DNA of 63,290 bases, counting the filler, from Hausera hauseri (lineage: Eukaryota), in the NCBI GenBank assembly GCA_046269625.1. It is 12 parts of 12 records of this genome, joined end to end, with 100 filler letters (N's around TTAATTAATTAA, not from the genome) between each part and the next. Parts side by side here need not be neighbours in the genome. Positions count along the whole stretch, not along the records: positions 36,433 to 40,721 come from JBJURY010654218.1; positions 40,822 to 46,146 come from JBJURY010278952.1; positions 46,247 to 50,656 come from JBJURY010595111.1; positions 50,757 to 54,847 come from JBJURY010767763.1; 8 more parts are not named here. One strand, 5' to 3'. The notes below the pieces were generated by a model. It was given only the letters and a program-made list of their open reading frames with translations. It ran no database searches and was not told the origin of the DNA. Positions 38,349 through 51,909 of this stretch are shown in pieces. The first letter of the stretch is position 1, and the number at the start of each line of letters is the position of its first letter. A program made the translations under genes and the position numbers.

Positions 38349-40721
38349 TCCCCCTTTTTTAAAAATCTTCGAAGCTTCTCGACGTTTCTCTCAAAGGTTT
38401 GGCCATCTTCATGTCGTAGTACGTATCTCCTGACGTGAACTTTCTCAATGATGGTGTACGGGCCTTCGTATTTGTCTTTCTCCTTTGTTCCGGGTTCTTT
38501 CCGTACCAGCACCTGATCCCCTACTTCCAACGTCCTTTTTACTGTGGGTCCCTCCTGACTCTCTGTGTTCCTCCATTCTGTTCCTTCTTTTTGTTCATAC
38601 CATCTTTCTCTATATATCTTTCTGTCAGATACTATCTCTGCTGTGCTCTTACCTGTCGTCTTCTGGACTGTCGCATTCAACGTAAATTCTATTTCTGGTA
38701 GTATGTCCTCCCAGTCCACTCTCGATTTTTCTGCTATCGTGGCATTTATGTATTCTCTGATTGTTCGGAATTGTCTCTCGATGATACCGTTTGTGTTGTG
38801 GTGGTATAGGCTCGAATAGCACATTTTTATATTTATTGATGACGCCATGTCTTTTATCAGTTTCGACTCAAATGCTTTCCCACAGTCTGTATATATTTCT
38901 TTTGGCGCACCATATTTAAGGATCCATTTCTTTTCTATCTCTGCTTTGATGGTTGGTTCATCTTGCCTCGGTATAGCAATTAGGGTTAGGTATTTACTGC
39001 ACTGATCTATCATTGCTAAAATGTACCTTTTTTCTCCATGTCTCCTTCATTGGTCCACAAATATCTATGTACACTTTCTAGAATGGCTCGTTTGCTGATA
39101 GGTTCACTGTTTCTTTTTTCGTGCTCGTTGTCAAGGTTTTGCTTCGCTGACAGGCTTCGCAATGTCGAATTACTGACTGGACTTCTTCTCGTAGGTTGTT
39201 CTGATCCTGCATGAGACAACATGACATGATTATGCGTTTTCATTTCTACGCGTCTGTTCGTTGATATCCAAATCTTACCTGTTCGTGTTTTTATTACTCT
39301 ATCGTCTAGTATAAATCTTCCTTGTTTTCCTCGTGCAATGCTTTTTATTTCTTCGATTTCCTTGCTGTCCTTCTGATATTGGTATGTTTCTGCTGTTTCT
39401 ACGGCGTTTATCCTTCGAGTCTTGCTTTTCTGCATTGTGGCGTTGCGTTGTAGACATTGGCTGCATGTTTCGCAACTCGTGCGCAACTCATTCGCATGGT
39501 CTGCCTTTTCTGTACTCCAGGTTGATGTCTGGACTGGATAGATAGTTGATCCACGTCTGAAATTGGGCTGTTATCGGTTTTTCTGTCTTTACCATGAACG
39601 TTATTACCTTGTGGTCTGTTCTTAATGTGAAGCGTTTCCCGTATAGGTAGTGGTTGAAATGTTGACAGAAATAATACATGGCCAGTAATTCCTTCCGAGT
39701 TATACAATATCCTTTTTCATGGTTGTTCATTGTGTGTGATCCGTATGCAATAACTCTCTCGCACCCCAAACTATCCTTCTGTGACAGTACCGCTCCAATT
39801 GTGTCAAAGCTTGCTCCAGTGATTTGGCCTTTGCTGCGTAACCTTGGATAAGTCTTCTGTAGCAGATCCCTAAGAAGCTCCTCAAATTCTTGAGACATTT
39901 TAGTTTCTCAAAGGACTTAATTGCTTCCAGTTTTTATGGATCTGTCTGTATCCCCTTGTCATTCACTATGTTCCCTAAAAAATTTACTTCTTTCTTGAGT
40001 ATGTGACATTTTCTGGGTTTATTCTGAGACCTACTTGCCTGATCCGCTGCAATACCTTTTCTAGTATACTATAATGCTCTTCTAGATTCTTAGAGACGAT
40101 TACTATATCATCTAGCTATACCAATGCTTGTTAAATATTTCGTAGTACTTTATTCATTAGTTCTTGGAAGGTGCCCGGAGCTGCTGCTATGCCGAATGGC
40201 ATCCTGTTGAAAGAGAATTGCCCAAATTTGGTTAAAAACGCCGTCTTCAGTTTGTAGTCTTCCTCTAACTCGACTTGGTAGTATGCATTCCTTAGGTCGA
40301 TTGACGTGAAAATTTTGGTCCTGTATAACCTGTCCAATATCTATTCCACGTTAGGCATTGGGAAGACCTGCCGTTCCGTTATAAGATTCAGTTGTCTGAA
40401 GTCCAGGCATATTCTGACATCGTTCTTGTCTTTCTTCCATACGAATATCATTGGTGTATTTCGTGCTTAGTTACATGGCTTGATAATGTCGTTTTCACAT
40501 AGGTTTCGGATGATCTCGTCAATCTTTTTTTCCAGATTTACTGGTAGCCTGTGAGGTTCAATATTAATCGGCGCTCCTGTCGTGTCTATTTGGTGTTTGG
40601 TGAGAGATGTTCACCCTATGTCCGACTTGTCGGCCATGAATACTTCTGGGTATTTCTGTATAATGTTGAGCAGCTCTCTGTTGTCACTCACCTGAAGAGC
40701 TTCCTTCGCCCTGTTGATTCG
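38336..40721 (-). pseudogene. Gypsy pol (RT, RNase H, integrase), decayed
   Basis: MCLDFRQLN, IDLRNAYYQV, FNRMPFGI, ASFDTIGAVLSQ..TRKELLA..TDHK, TDCGKAF..TNGIIERQFRT, YEGPY. Confidence 0.92.
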
Positions 40722-41145
40722 NNNNNNNNNNNNNNNNNNNNNNNNNNNNNNNNNNNNNNNNNNNNTTAATTAATTAANNNNNNNNNNNNNNNNNNNNNNN
40801 NNNNNNNNNNNNNNNNNNNNNTGAAGAATTAAAATCAATAAAAGGTGCCATCCATAACGACACAATGACAGTGAGATGCCGCGTATTGCCGTCTAAATAA
40901 CGTCACATTTATTTAATTTTATATATTTATTTTTTGTTGTAAAATTTTATACAAATAACAAAATATTAACATAAATTACGTAACAAAGGTATAAAAGATT
41001 ATCCACAAATTAAATAATATTATTGAAGTTCAATATTATAACAAAATAATTTATTTATTTTAATTTTGTAAATGTGACATAATTTTAAATATAAAATCCT
41101 CTAATATTTTACAATTATGATTAAAAATGCATGAGAAATGTACAA

Positions 41146-44066
41146 TAGGGTGTCCCAAAAAAAGTTTTTGGTTTTCCTTAATGGAAGACCTCTTAAAATT
41201 TGAGCAATTGATCGTAGTTTACCAAATGGATTTGAAAAATAAAATGAAACTATTTTTATGGTTGTACCGATCTTCAAAGTTGTGAAAAATTGTCATTTTT
41301 ATGGTGATATTTCGTTATGCCTAATTTCGGCTGCTGAACTAAATATAAAATATATTTTAGGTGTAATACCTACTGTCTGTTTTCGTTTAAGGAAACCTTC
41401 TGCGTATGTGTCAGGTATGCTTTGATTTCAGGAAAAAGACAAGTGGACGTTTATTTTTTAACTGGATTGGTTTAACAGCGTTCCTTTTTCTTTATTGCGC
41501 TTTTTAGGAACGAATAACAGTTCAGAACCGATGCTCCGTTGTTTTTAATTTAAAATGGAAACGCTCAAGAACATTGTTTTAATTTTTAATTGCATTTATA
41601 AAGAATAACAATGTTAAAAGCGGATTTTTTGATTTTTAAATAATGAGTTCGAGGCATCGTGATCCTACTTGTGCGATATTGGGACCATACAAAGATTTTG
41701 ACAATCGGCAGCTACCGATTAGGAGGGACGGCATTAAGTGTATTTTATTTGTCAAAAACGACCTTAAATTGAAGTATAATGGAAAGGATCCTTCCAATTC
41801 AGATATATATGCGATTGTTTCTGAAGAGATCAACAATATTTGGATAAAAGCTTCGATTCCAATCGTAACTAAGAAACGAGTTATTCGGTTACTGAAATCC
41901 TATTTCGAAAAGTACTTCAATTTGAAAAAATATCCCAAAAGCAAACGAAATGATAGTTTTGAGAACAAACTGGTGTTTTTTAGAGTCATCTGAGAAGCGT
42001 TTCGACGTTATTGCTTGTAAATGAATTTCATTTGAATCTTGTTCGTGTTTACAACCTAAGAAAGTTCCCATCAATGGGAGAAGTTTTTTGTTGGATCAAA
42101 GAAATGAAAGGGAAATGGTTATAAGCCATGTTGATATGAAAGAAACGACTAGATTAATGAAACGACAGGCGAGAAAAATTGAAGAGTCAATAAGGGCAGA
42201 CAAAAAGTCGTGTTATACTCAAAAAAACCGATTCTGTCTCAGAAAAGTGTGATGGTGATTCGGTGCGTCAATCTTCTCCAGAAACGTATCTGATAATAGA
42301 TGCATCTCCATCAAACACGCCCTCGACAGAGACACCATCAACTTCAACGGCGAATCGGAATATATTACCGTTGCCAATAGTTGCTATGGTCTGTGGTAGA
42401 TACGCTATATCGACGCAACCTGCTGCTGCTTTTGCTTCTGCGGTTTTGGCTGACGTCGGCTTGGTTTATTCCGAAGATTTAACTCTGGTTATTGATAAAA
42501 ACAAGATCCACATAGCTGTATCTAAAACCCGAAGCTTCAAAGGCTATTGGAGGTATTGTTATAAAAAGCATTTACTTTGATGGACAAAAGATAAGAAAAT
42601 TGGGAATTGTTACCATCGCAAAGAAGTTTTAGAAGAGCTCTAGATCAATTTATTTGTGGCACACAACGCCAAATCGTGGCACTGCAAAGGAAATTCTTAA
42701 TTCGATCATAACTTTATTAGAGGGTCAAGGTCTGAATTCAGGTAACGCGATTTGCGTTGGATGTGACGGAACTGCAACAAACACCGGTTGGAAGGGTGAT
42801 TCAATATTTAGAGTAGTATTTGGATAGACCGTTACAATGGTGTGTATGCTTCGTGCCAATGAGTTAACCCTAATGTTATTTATTCTTGACCTTAGATGGT
42901 TGCACTTCGTGTCCTAGAGAATATTCTGGACCTAATGGAAAACAATTAGCTGTTTGCGAAAATAAAACCACGGTGCCTTTTTGTGCGGTATATGGTAATT
43001 TGCCTGATTTGCCGAAAAATGTCATCGATGAACTAAGTACGGATCAAAAATATCTTTATGATATATGTCAAGCTGTATCAAGTGGTTCCTGTAGTTCTGC
43101 GCTGGCAAACCGTCAACCTGGAAAAATGGCGCACTCAAGATAGCTTATTTCTGCTAATCGTATACTCAGAGTTTACGTAAGTACTCTTAATCCATCAGAA
43201 AATTTGCAATTGCTTGTCAACTACGTTGTTAAGGTATACGTTCCGATTTGGTTCCAAATCAAGCAAACGATGTCGTTTAAGGACGGAGCCAATCATATTT
43301 TTCAACTGATTGTGCGCTCTCGATTTTTACCCGAAAATCTGAGATCTGTTGAAAGAAATACTTTTTGCGCACCCAGAAAACCTACTTGTCAGTATGTTGT
43401 TTGATGATAGATATCACATTCGGGAGCTGGCATTGCGAAGAATAATGAAAGCTAGAGAAGCTGAATGTAGCACTAAACGCAGGATATTTAAACCACCAAA
43501 TATAATTTTTAGAGATTACACCGAAATTATTGTGTGGCACGAGTGTCAGGTTACAGCACCGCCCGTTCTTCGACATACTTCTAATGAGGACCTTCAAATC
43601 ATGGCAAAATATAAGAGCTTGGAAATTGTTGACTTTCCTTGTCAAACACAATCTCTGGAAAGATGTGTTAAACTGGTAACAGAGGCTTCACAAAGTGTAA
43701 CTGACGCTACTTCTAGAGGTTGTAATCTCGAGCAGAAATGCCAAATTTTGGATACAAAAAGAAGTTTAAATTCTAAGTTTCTGTCATTGATTATAAGCTT
43801 TATTTTGTTTTCTTGTGCTTCGTTTCATTAATTTCAATAATGAACTACCTTTCAAACTTGATTTTTGTATTGTTTTAGGCATACGGTTTAGGCCTGTAAA
43901 ACGTAAAATTTACAAAACTTCAAAGTGCAGTAGATCCCTCAATATGACACGCATTTTTAGTTTTATTACCTTTTCCCTAATCTGTGTAAAATTACCCAAA
44001 TTTTGATACCTTTCGCAATAGTGTAGCTTGAAAATATTTTTTCTCAAACATGGTTGGGAGACCCTA
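41146..44066 (+). mobile_element. hATm-type DNA transposon with decayed transposase (~41643-43790)
   Basis: TIR TAGGGTGTCCCAA / TTGGGAGACCCTA. VGCDGTATNTG, LSTDQKYLY, PGKMAHSR, FAHPENLL, FPCQTQSLERCVKLVTEAS. TSD not clean. Confidence 0.82.
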
Positions 44067-44309
44067 ATACAATACTTATTTATTCAGATTATTTTTTTAT
44101 CTTTACAATTGTTTGACGTTTTCTTCTCCATTTCTTTTTAACTTTGTCTTTTAATTCTTCATGTGACGTAATTTTATTAAATAATTTCATACATTTATTT
44201 AAAATATTTTCATTAACTTTATTTTGAAATAAATTTTTTCAAAAAATATAAAACTAATAAAAATGATCAAAAATAATATTTCCAATCAATACACTGCAAT
44301 AAAACTGCG

Positions 44310-44560
44310 TGAAATTTGTCATAGAATCTGTCAAATTTGTCATGGAATTCGTCATGGAATTTGTCATATTTCTCATCGTTTTGTCACAAACGTCATCGAA
44401 TTTCTCAAACTTGTCATCGTTTTTGTCAAATTTGTCATCGTTTTTGTCAAATTTGTCATCGAGTTTGTCTAATTTGTCATCGAGTTTGTTAAATTTGACA
44501 TAGAATTCGTCATCGAATTTGTCATATTTCTCATCGAATTTGTCAAATTTGTCATCATCA
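44310..44560 (+). repeat. ~21-bp minisatellite
   Basis: GTCATCGAATTTGTCAAATTT units. Confidence 0.85.
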
Positions 44561-45460
44561 ATTTTTTGTAAAAATTGTTGGAAAACATTCGTACTTTTAT
44601 TCTTGTAAATAAATTAAACTGATGATGACAATAATCGTATAATGAAAATTCATAATTTCATACGACATTGTATATCGGAAGATTTTTTGAATTCCCAATT
44701 TTGACAAAGTTATTCCGATTTCATTGATGTAATTTAAGAATTTTAATTTAACATCTTTATTTAATTTGTTTGATAAGAAAATTTCTGTTACACCTGCGAC
44801 TTTTTGATTTACATTTAAATTTCAACAGCACAACATTTTGATAAACAAATTTTGTTGATGAATTTTCTAAATCTTTGAAAATCAGTTAAATTTGTCTTTC
44901 AAATATGTTAGTAGTAGTTTTATAATGGTTGGACGGGAACAGACTCTCAAATTTTACAAAAAAATTTGAGAAACAGACCCCATCCACTTATTATACAATT
45001 ACTGCCAAGTTTTTAAAAAACCCCCATTTTTAAAAAAAAGCCAATTTTTAAAAAAACGGCTTTTTAAGAAACAAAATGCAATTTTCAAGGGGTTAAGAAA
45101 AATGGGTTAAAAATGAAAACAAATCAATTATAAAAATGATTTCAAATAATTCAGATTGTAAATTTTTTGAAACAGGTCGTAAAATAATAAAATCAGATAA
45201 TAAATACATCTGGAGTGAATTAGGTGAAGCCGAGGTGAAACCTCTTCAATTTGTAGATGTTGTATAAATATTATTTCCATCAAATGAATACGATAATAAT
45301 TCCAAATGAATGAGGAAGTAAATTGTTTAAATTCATCACTTTGTTATTAATTGTTTCTATTTAGATTTGGATTACTGCCATACATTTAGTAAGTTTTTCT
45401 ATTTTGTTAATTAAATTATAATTTATTAATTATTATTCATAAACGTTTTTTATCCTTTAT

Positions 45461-46146
45461 CGACCTAATGAATATCCATCTAATATTTGACTAATTGTGT
45501 TTTGTTGTTGTTTTATCGACCTAATAAATATCCATCTAATATTTGACTAATTGTGTTGTGTTGTTGTTTTGTCGGCCTAATAAATACCCATCTAATATTT
45601 GACTAATTTTGATTTGTTGATGTTTTGTCGACCTAATAAATATGCATCTAATATTTGGCTAATTGTGTTTCGTTGATGTTTTGTCGTTTTAATAAATATC
45701 ATTGTAATATTTGACTAACTGTGGTTTTGTGATGTTTTGTCGACCTATTAAATATCCATCTAATATTTGAATAATTGTGTTTTGTTGAAGTTTTGTCGAC
45801 CTAATAAATGTCCATCTAATAATTGACTAATTGTTTTTTGTTGAAGTTTTGTCGACCTAATATATATCCTTCTAATATGTGACTAATTGTGTTTTGTTGT
45901 TGTTTTGTCGACCTAATATATATCCATCTAATATTTGACTAATTGTGTTTTGTTGTTGTTTTGTCGGCCTAAGAAATATCCATCTAATATTTGACTAGTT
46001 TTGATTTGTTGATGTTTTGTCGACCTAATAAATATGCATCTAATATTTGAATAATTGTGTTTTGTTGATGTTTTTTCGACCTAATAAATATGCATCTGAT
46101 ATTTGGCTAATTGTGTTTCGTTGATGTTTTGTCGTTTTAATAAATA
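45461..46146 (+). repeat. 56-bp satellite
   Basis: CGACCTAATAAATATCCATCTAATATTTGACTAATTGTGTTTTGTTGTTGTTTTGT, about 12 copies. Confidence 0.95.
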
Positions 46147-46991
46147 NNNNNNNNNNNNNNNNNNNNNNNNNNNNNNNNNNNNNNNNNNNNTTAATTAATT
46201 AANNNNNNNNNNNNNNNNNNNNNNNNNNNNNNNNNNNNNNNNNNNNAAGTATACGTTTTATTCTATTAACAAGCATCAAATAATTATCTCCATACAAATG
46301 TTTAATTTGTAACTATTACTATTGATATCGCAAACGTTGTTTGAGTCCATAACCAAGTACTACTCACAAAGTTATGGATTATATTATAAGTAGAATCCAA
46401 ACATTAAATAAGGGGCATTTAAACGCACAAATGAACTTTGATGTTAAATGCTAAGTCGTGTTTATAAAGAAAACACGATTTGAATATGTACGCTAATCAT
46501 CACATATGCTGTTCTATAAAATATGATTACCAGTGGGTTTTTGTCACTTCGACAGTTAGTAGTTTGAACAATTGAACGACGAGTAAGTCATTAAGTTTTT
46601 TACGCATATTAATTAAATGTTAGACTTCTGCAGTGAACCCACTAATAAAGGAATAAATAACGTAAGTATTTTGTTTGATAATTTTTAATTGTTTAAATGT
46701 AATTATGTAATTAAATTGAAATTATACCATTTTTGGACACCAACATTTCACCACCTATCTGAACATAAGGAATATTTTGGATAAGGTTGACATAGTTTCG
46801 GACATCTGTAGATTTGGAGTCACCAAAGGGAGTTGGGTTGGTAAAAAAATTTAAGTTGACAAAGTTTCGGTCACCTGCAAATCTGGACTAACACCATTTC
46901 TTCACTTATATGACTATAACAAACATTTGATAACAAGTAGTAGTAGTATATTTCAAGATCATAAAAAGCTGTCTGTCCAAAACAATACGTT

Positions 46992-47379
46992 TAGTCAGTG
47001 TTTACAAAAATATTTGTAATGTAAGCCACAATAAGCAATAATTTCCACACAATACTATCAGTGGATGTTAATAATGAAGTCGATTGTATTCAACACGATA
47101 TGACGATTTTCTTTCAATTTGAGAAACTATCGATGACGGATAGTAAAATCGAAGTAAATCGAATACCTTGACAACGGTCGGATGTACGTACACAGCAATC
47201 CTATGTTTGCTTGGGAACAATGACGTGTGTGTATTGATAATGAAGCCGCCGCCGCCGTCATCAGTTTGTCGTAAGTCACGCGGAACACGTTCCAGTGGAA
47301 ACATACCGCGAAATTTTGCGCTCATAAGCAGTTTTCCGTAGTGGCTGAGCTCAGTAGAGCTAAATGTAAAACGCGACAT
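46992..47379 (-). pseudogene. Adenain-like protease of a second Polinton lineage
   Basis: FRGMFP..FIINT..KHRIAVY..VFDLL..Y*HPLIVLCGNYCL. Confidence 0.78.
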
Positions 47380-47460
47380 TAAAGCATAACAATATTCATA
47401 ATCAATTACTTTATATTATTGAGCAGTAGTAGTATGGGAAGAGTGATGCATTAGATTTAT

Positions 47461-48672
47461 TTATATAGTGACGGTACCGTTTTTCGTTATTTCAACCTCG
47501 GCATCAAATACACCATAAATGTTCGTCATGGTAGACTGCTCCAACACTTTAGCAAGATGAATCTCCAGTCGTATGTTTCCCTGCTGAGGTAGTTGAGTCT
47601 GTTCAACGTCATAATCTGGAGCCAGGACAAATGTGAAGAATGAGTAGGTGGACTTAAACAAATCCATCGATATGCCATTGTTGATGTTTTTGTTGATCAA
47701 ACCCATGTTGCGCACGATAGATTGCATATATGTGCAAACATAATCATTAGACTCAAAGTCTTTTTTGTATGTCTCAACGAAATCCGCATTTTGACCCAAA
47801 CTAATGTAATTCACATTACTATGGGTAAACGTTTTCGAATAGGTGGTATAACTGTCCGTTTGTTGAACAGTCGTTTGAAATGTAACGAGCACAAATTTCC
47901 GCAATTGCAAGTCGCCAAATAGTGCATCTTTGTAAAACGTCGAACCTTTCGGTGTGGTATAAAACACGAGTTCTGTGCGTTGTATCGGGTAACAGGCATT
48001 TTGCGATTCCAAGCCCAATCGATGTCCTATGAGCACAGATGGTTCTACTTTTACACGACGTGCGTATAATTGTGCCTCGGTAATTTTGAGTATGCGTTTG
48101 AGATTTTCAACGGCGGTTTTCAAACAAAAGACTTTGTCGATGCGTTTGAGCCGATTCATAGTTTTAACACCGGGCAGTAGGTATTTCGGCTGATCGAAAA
48201 TTTCAAAGTACAGCGGTCCACACATGGTAAGCGGTTTTGATTCTGCCACCCATGCCTGACGGTTTGCCGCTGTGGCATCGTATCCGATGGTTTTTGTCAA
48301 ATGAGTCGTTTTCGTGTCTGTGCTGTAATTAAGAGCCGTTTCTACGAGTGCTTTGATACTGTATAGACTGGTGTTGCCTTCGATTTTAACGCTGTTTAGA
48401 GTCAGTGAAGCCTCCTGGAACAGTGTGAGGAAAAGGTACTTGGCCGGTGTGACAGTGTCTGTTGCAGCGAGAACCGTTGCCGCGTCCTTTTTAACAATGA
48501 TTTTTACATAGAGTAGCGTGTCGTTCAAATCCAGATATATATTGTCCGATGCCATAATGTTAAATTGAATGTCAATGTTATCGTTTGTTGAAACCGAATC
48601 AACGGAGTAGATTTCTTCAAATGTCTCATTGTCAATTACAACTTGTGGCGCGCCTTTGTCAAATATACACAA
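47461..48672 (-). CDS. Polinton major capsid protein (divergent lineage, open 403 aa)
   Basis: YLDLNDTLLYVK, FEIFDQPKYLLPGV, ITEAQLYARRVKV, FFTFVLAPD..GNIRLEIHL..IYGVFDAEVEI. Confidence 0.85.
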   Translation of the reverse strand: MCIFDKGAPQVVIDNETFEEIYSVDSVSTNDNIDIQFNIMASDNIYLDLNDTLLYVKIIVKKDAATVLAATDTVTPAKYLFLTLFQEASLTLNSVKIEGNTSLYSIKALVETALNYSTDTKTTHLTKTIGYDATAANRQAWVAESKPLTMCGPLYFEIFDQPKYLLPGVKTMNRLKRIDKVFCLKTAVENLKRILKITEAQLYARRVKVEPSVLIGHRLGLESQNACYPIQRTELVFYTTPKGSTFYKDALFGDLQLRKFVLVTFQTTVQQTDSYTTYSKTFTHSNVNYISLGQNADFVETYKKDFESNDYVCTYMQSIVRNMGLINKNINNGISMDLFKSTYSFFTFVLAPDYDVEQTQLPQQGNIRLEIHLAKVLEQSTMTNIYGVFDAEVEITKNGTVTI

Positions 48673-48709
48673 TTCAATTTTGCAGATGTCATTTATTTAT
48701 CAGTCAATC

Positions 48710-49853
48710 AATCGAAAATCGTACGACGACGACGTTTGTTTACAGTTGATGAGCGCGATGATGCTTTACGGCGTTTTGTCACCAAGCCTTTTGACTGATT
48801 GCTTTTTGACTGATTTAACGACTGGTTGTGGTACCGTACGGAAATTCAATAAAGCAGCCCGCATCACATCGGATATTCACTTCAACATTGTTTATAGGTG
48901 TATATGCCACGGGTAAATACATTGCATTATCGAGCTTGACAGTGACATTGTCGCCAGCATACTTGCTGTTTCCGGATAAATTTCACGGAGTAGCGGTACA
49001 CGTACTCCACCGACCAAGATCAGTTTGGTGACGTTCACGTAAATGAACATTTGACTTAGTCCCGTTTTCAGTTTGGCTTTGAGTGTTGCAACATGTGCCG
49101 CCGCCGTTGACGATGCCTCAAACCGCTGTTTTTCAAAACGCAATACAATGGCAAAGCTTTGTCCAATTAAATGTCAACAATATCCTTAGCCAGTTCAAAT
49201 TTAATGTACCCATTTTCATCTGACTTGAAAATTTTAAATATCTCCTTGTACTTTTGATTTTAAGAAAAGTGTTGACAGAGATGTTCTACAGATTCGCAAT
49301 AGACATGGTCTCCAATCGATATGTATGACATTGACACTCTTTGTTTTGTGTACGTAAATTTCACCGTTGTCTGGTAATATACGGGACTTAATCTAGGATC
49401 AACTATATTTTCACTTTTAATATTTGTACCTTTGTAATGTGTATTTGTGAATCCAAATTTATGAGCAATCTCAGAGGACTCAAAGGTAACAGTGAATTCA
49501 AAATCTGCCATAAAATGTAAATTTCCCCCTAAAATAAAAACGCCGATCTTGCCGAATATACCGTAATTTGCTTTGGTCGTGCAAATGCCCGATTCTCCAA
49601 CTGTTATTTTATTGTTAGTAAGTGTCAGAGGACAAGAATTTGTTTTGGTTTCAGTAACAGTCTTGTTGTACGTTATTTTCATACTACCATTCAATGTCAC
49701 CGGTGCGTAAGGAAAGTTAAATTCCGTCAGTGCAACCTCTCATTGTCCAGATAAATCCAAAGGATTGTTCCAATCTACAGCGTATTCACTGCCCGAATTG
49801 TTTGGGCGAGTCGTCTGACAAATGTTGCTCGGCAACACCATGTAAATACTCAT
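48710..49853 (-). pseudogene. Putative minor capsid protein, copy 2
   Basis: MSIYMVLPSN..PNNSGSEY..LDLSGQ*EVALTE; MFIYVNVTKLILVGGVRVPLLREI. Confidence 0.68.
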
Positions 49854-49919
49854 GATCTCGATGATGATGGTGATGATGACAAAGATGACGCAGTTTGTTT
49901 ATTATCAACGTTCACGACG

Positions 49920-50656
49920 TCAAAAATGTAACGTCAAATGTGTCGTTGACCCGAACAGAAATTTAATGGGTTCCAAAAATTCATCAGACATATACGCGGA
50001 AATACTGTGCACAATATTATGAGACAATGATAAGTACATGGGTCTGAACATAACAACGCGAACATTTTCACCCGATGATGATTTGTACGTGTCAGAATCG
50101 AGTTCGATAGAAGCCAGCAGTTGTTTACTTTCTCCACCAACGAGTACGGATTCGGTTAAGTCCATTACAATGTCGATTCGGTGAAATGCTGCATAAAGTT
50201 GTGGTTTTTATTTGGCAACAATAGATCGTCCAAAAATGTTTTGCTAGAATTTTCGTTGTGAAAAACCCGGATTCCGAGCCAGTAATTCATCAAAGGCAAA
50301 ATATGTAACATTGTGATGTAGTGTAATCGAAATATGACTATCTGCATTTATTTCACATGTCTTTACAGCTAATGTAGCCGTTTTATTGACGTATTCATAC
50401 AATTCCAGTTCCGTTTCCATTAGTAAATCGTGCGTTATAATACAAGAGCGGAAGACTGATTCTGACTTAGTCCACTTTACTATAATATCTGATTCCGCAT
50501 CGGCTGAAAGGTCTAATTTGTCACCAATTATAACATGTCCACCTAACCGTAGACGTTTTGAGTGTACATTGACTGATTAAAAACCCCATGCCTGAGCATC
50601 AGCTATAGAATTAAACTGCATTTCAATGGGATTTCGATGCATTAGTTTCATACGGT
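49920..50656 (-). pseudogene. Putative minor capsid protein, copy 1 (3' part)
   Basis: DLTESVLVGGESKQLLASI..PMYLSL..SDEFLEPIKF..HLTLHF*. Confidence 0.62.
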
Positions 50657-50914
50657 NNNNNNNNNNNNNNNNNNNNNNNNNNNNNNNNNNNNNNNNNNNN
50701 TTAATTAATTAANNNNNNNNNNNNNNNNNNNNNNNNNNNNNNNNNNNNNNNNNNNNCCTTATAACTAAACTAGAGCGTATTGTAAAGAAAATGCAAAGCT
50801 TGAGATGTTTCATTATGTTTTCTATGAATGTATCTGTTTGCTAAACTTCTCTGTTTTCACTGTCAGGACAAAGTGAGAAATGATCTAATTCACTCTCATC
50901 AGGAGAACAATTTA

Positions 50915-51095
50915 ACAGATTGCCCAGAATTTTTTTTATATCCTGTTACATTTTGGACGCATTTCCACCTAAATGCACCTTTGTAGAGGTAAAGGCCAAA
51001 TATGGCAAACACGAGCAAGCAAAACACTGTCAGCAGTATGACTTCAAACATCATCTTGAAAGCACGGAGCAAAGCACTGACAATGGTTTTTAGTC
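50915..51095 (-). CDS. Exon of a voltage-gated sodium channel (invertebrate Nav2-like), domain I S4-S5 linker/S5
   Basis: GLKTIVSALLRAFKMMFEVILLTVFCLLVFAIFGLYLYKGAFRWKCV; tatag acceptor at 51096. The 3' boundary is uncertain. Confidence 0.75.
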
Positions 51096-51909
51096 CTATA
51101 AGACACATTTTATACAGACTTTATTATTAAAATGCCACGAAAGTTATGAACACAAGCTCTAGAAATGGAGGTGATTCAAATCCTTACTACCAATGACAAA
51201 TGGGGTTACTGCTGATTAGAGATGAAGACAGGTACATACAAGCAAAATGACACAGGTGAATATCTGAAAAATTATATTTATTATTATTCAGGGTAAAGGA
51301 AATGTCACACTGTTCAGACCACTGAACAGTGTGACAGGTTTACTTCTCTCGGCCGTAAACATAAAAGAATATTGTCCTAAAAGCATTTTATTGGGCATGG
51401 TGACAACTTGCGTGCTCCAGGTTTAGGAGTTTTCTTAGGGTCATGATCTGAACTATTGCCTTACATGACTGCTGGACAAGCACAGGATTAAATATAAAGA
51501 TTTTCAAATAAAAGCCAGATTGCTACAGAATTGAACGCTAAGAAATATTGAATTACAACCTAATAAAAAAATTGATGATTTTAGATCAATAAGATAAGGC
51601 GATAATGGGAAAATAAAATGTAAATATTTAAGCAGACAGAAGTGCTAGTTAAGGATGCATAAAAAGCTCCATTTAGTTTTTATAAAGTTTAAAAAATACA
51701 TGAGAATAAAGTCACAATATTAAAACTTCATTTAGTTAATTTTCTAACTCAATGCAATGTTATAACTTTACTCGTAATTTTACACATTTGTTTCTATCTA
51801 GGCGTTTAAAGATATGAACTTTAGCTTTAATATACATTTCTTTAACCAATTTTATTTATTGTTTTCCCCACCTCATTAATCTCTTAGACAGCCTACTTCA
51901 GGCTGCATG

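Noticed and set aside
45461-46146. CRISPR-like periodicity (also 424-5750 and 22140-22520)
   Set aside because: Units are contiguous degenerate copies without unique spacers, there are no cas genes, and the context is eukaryotic.
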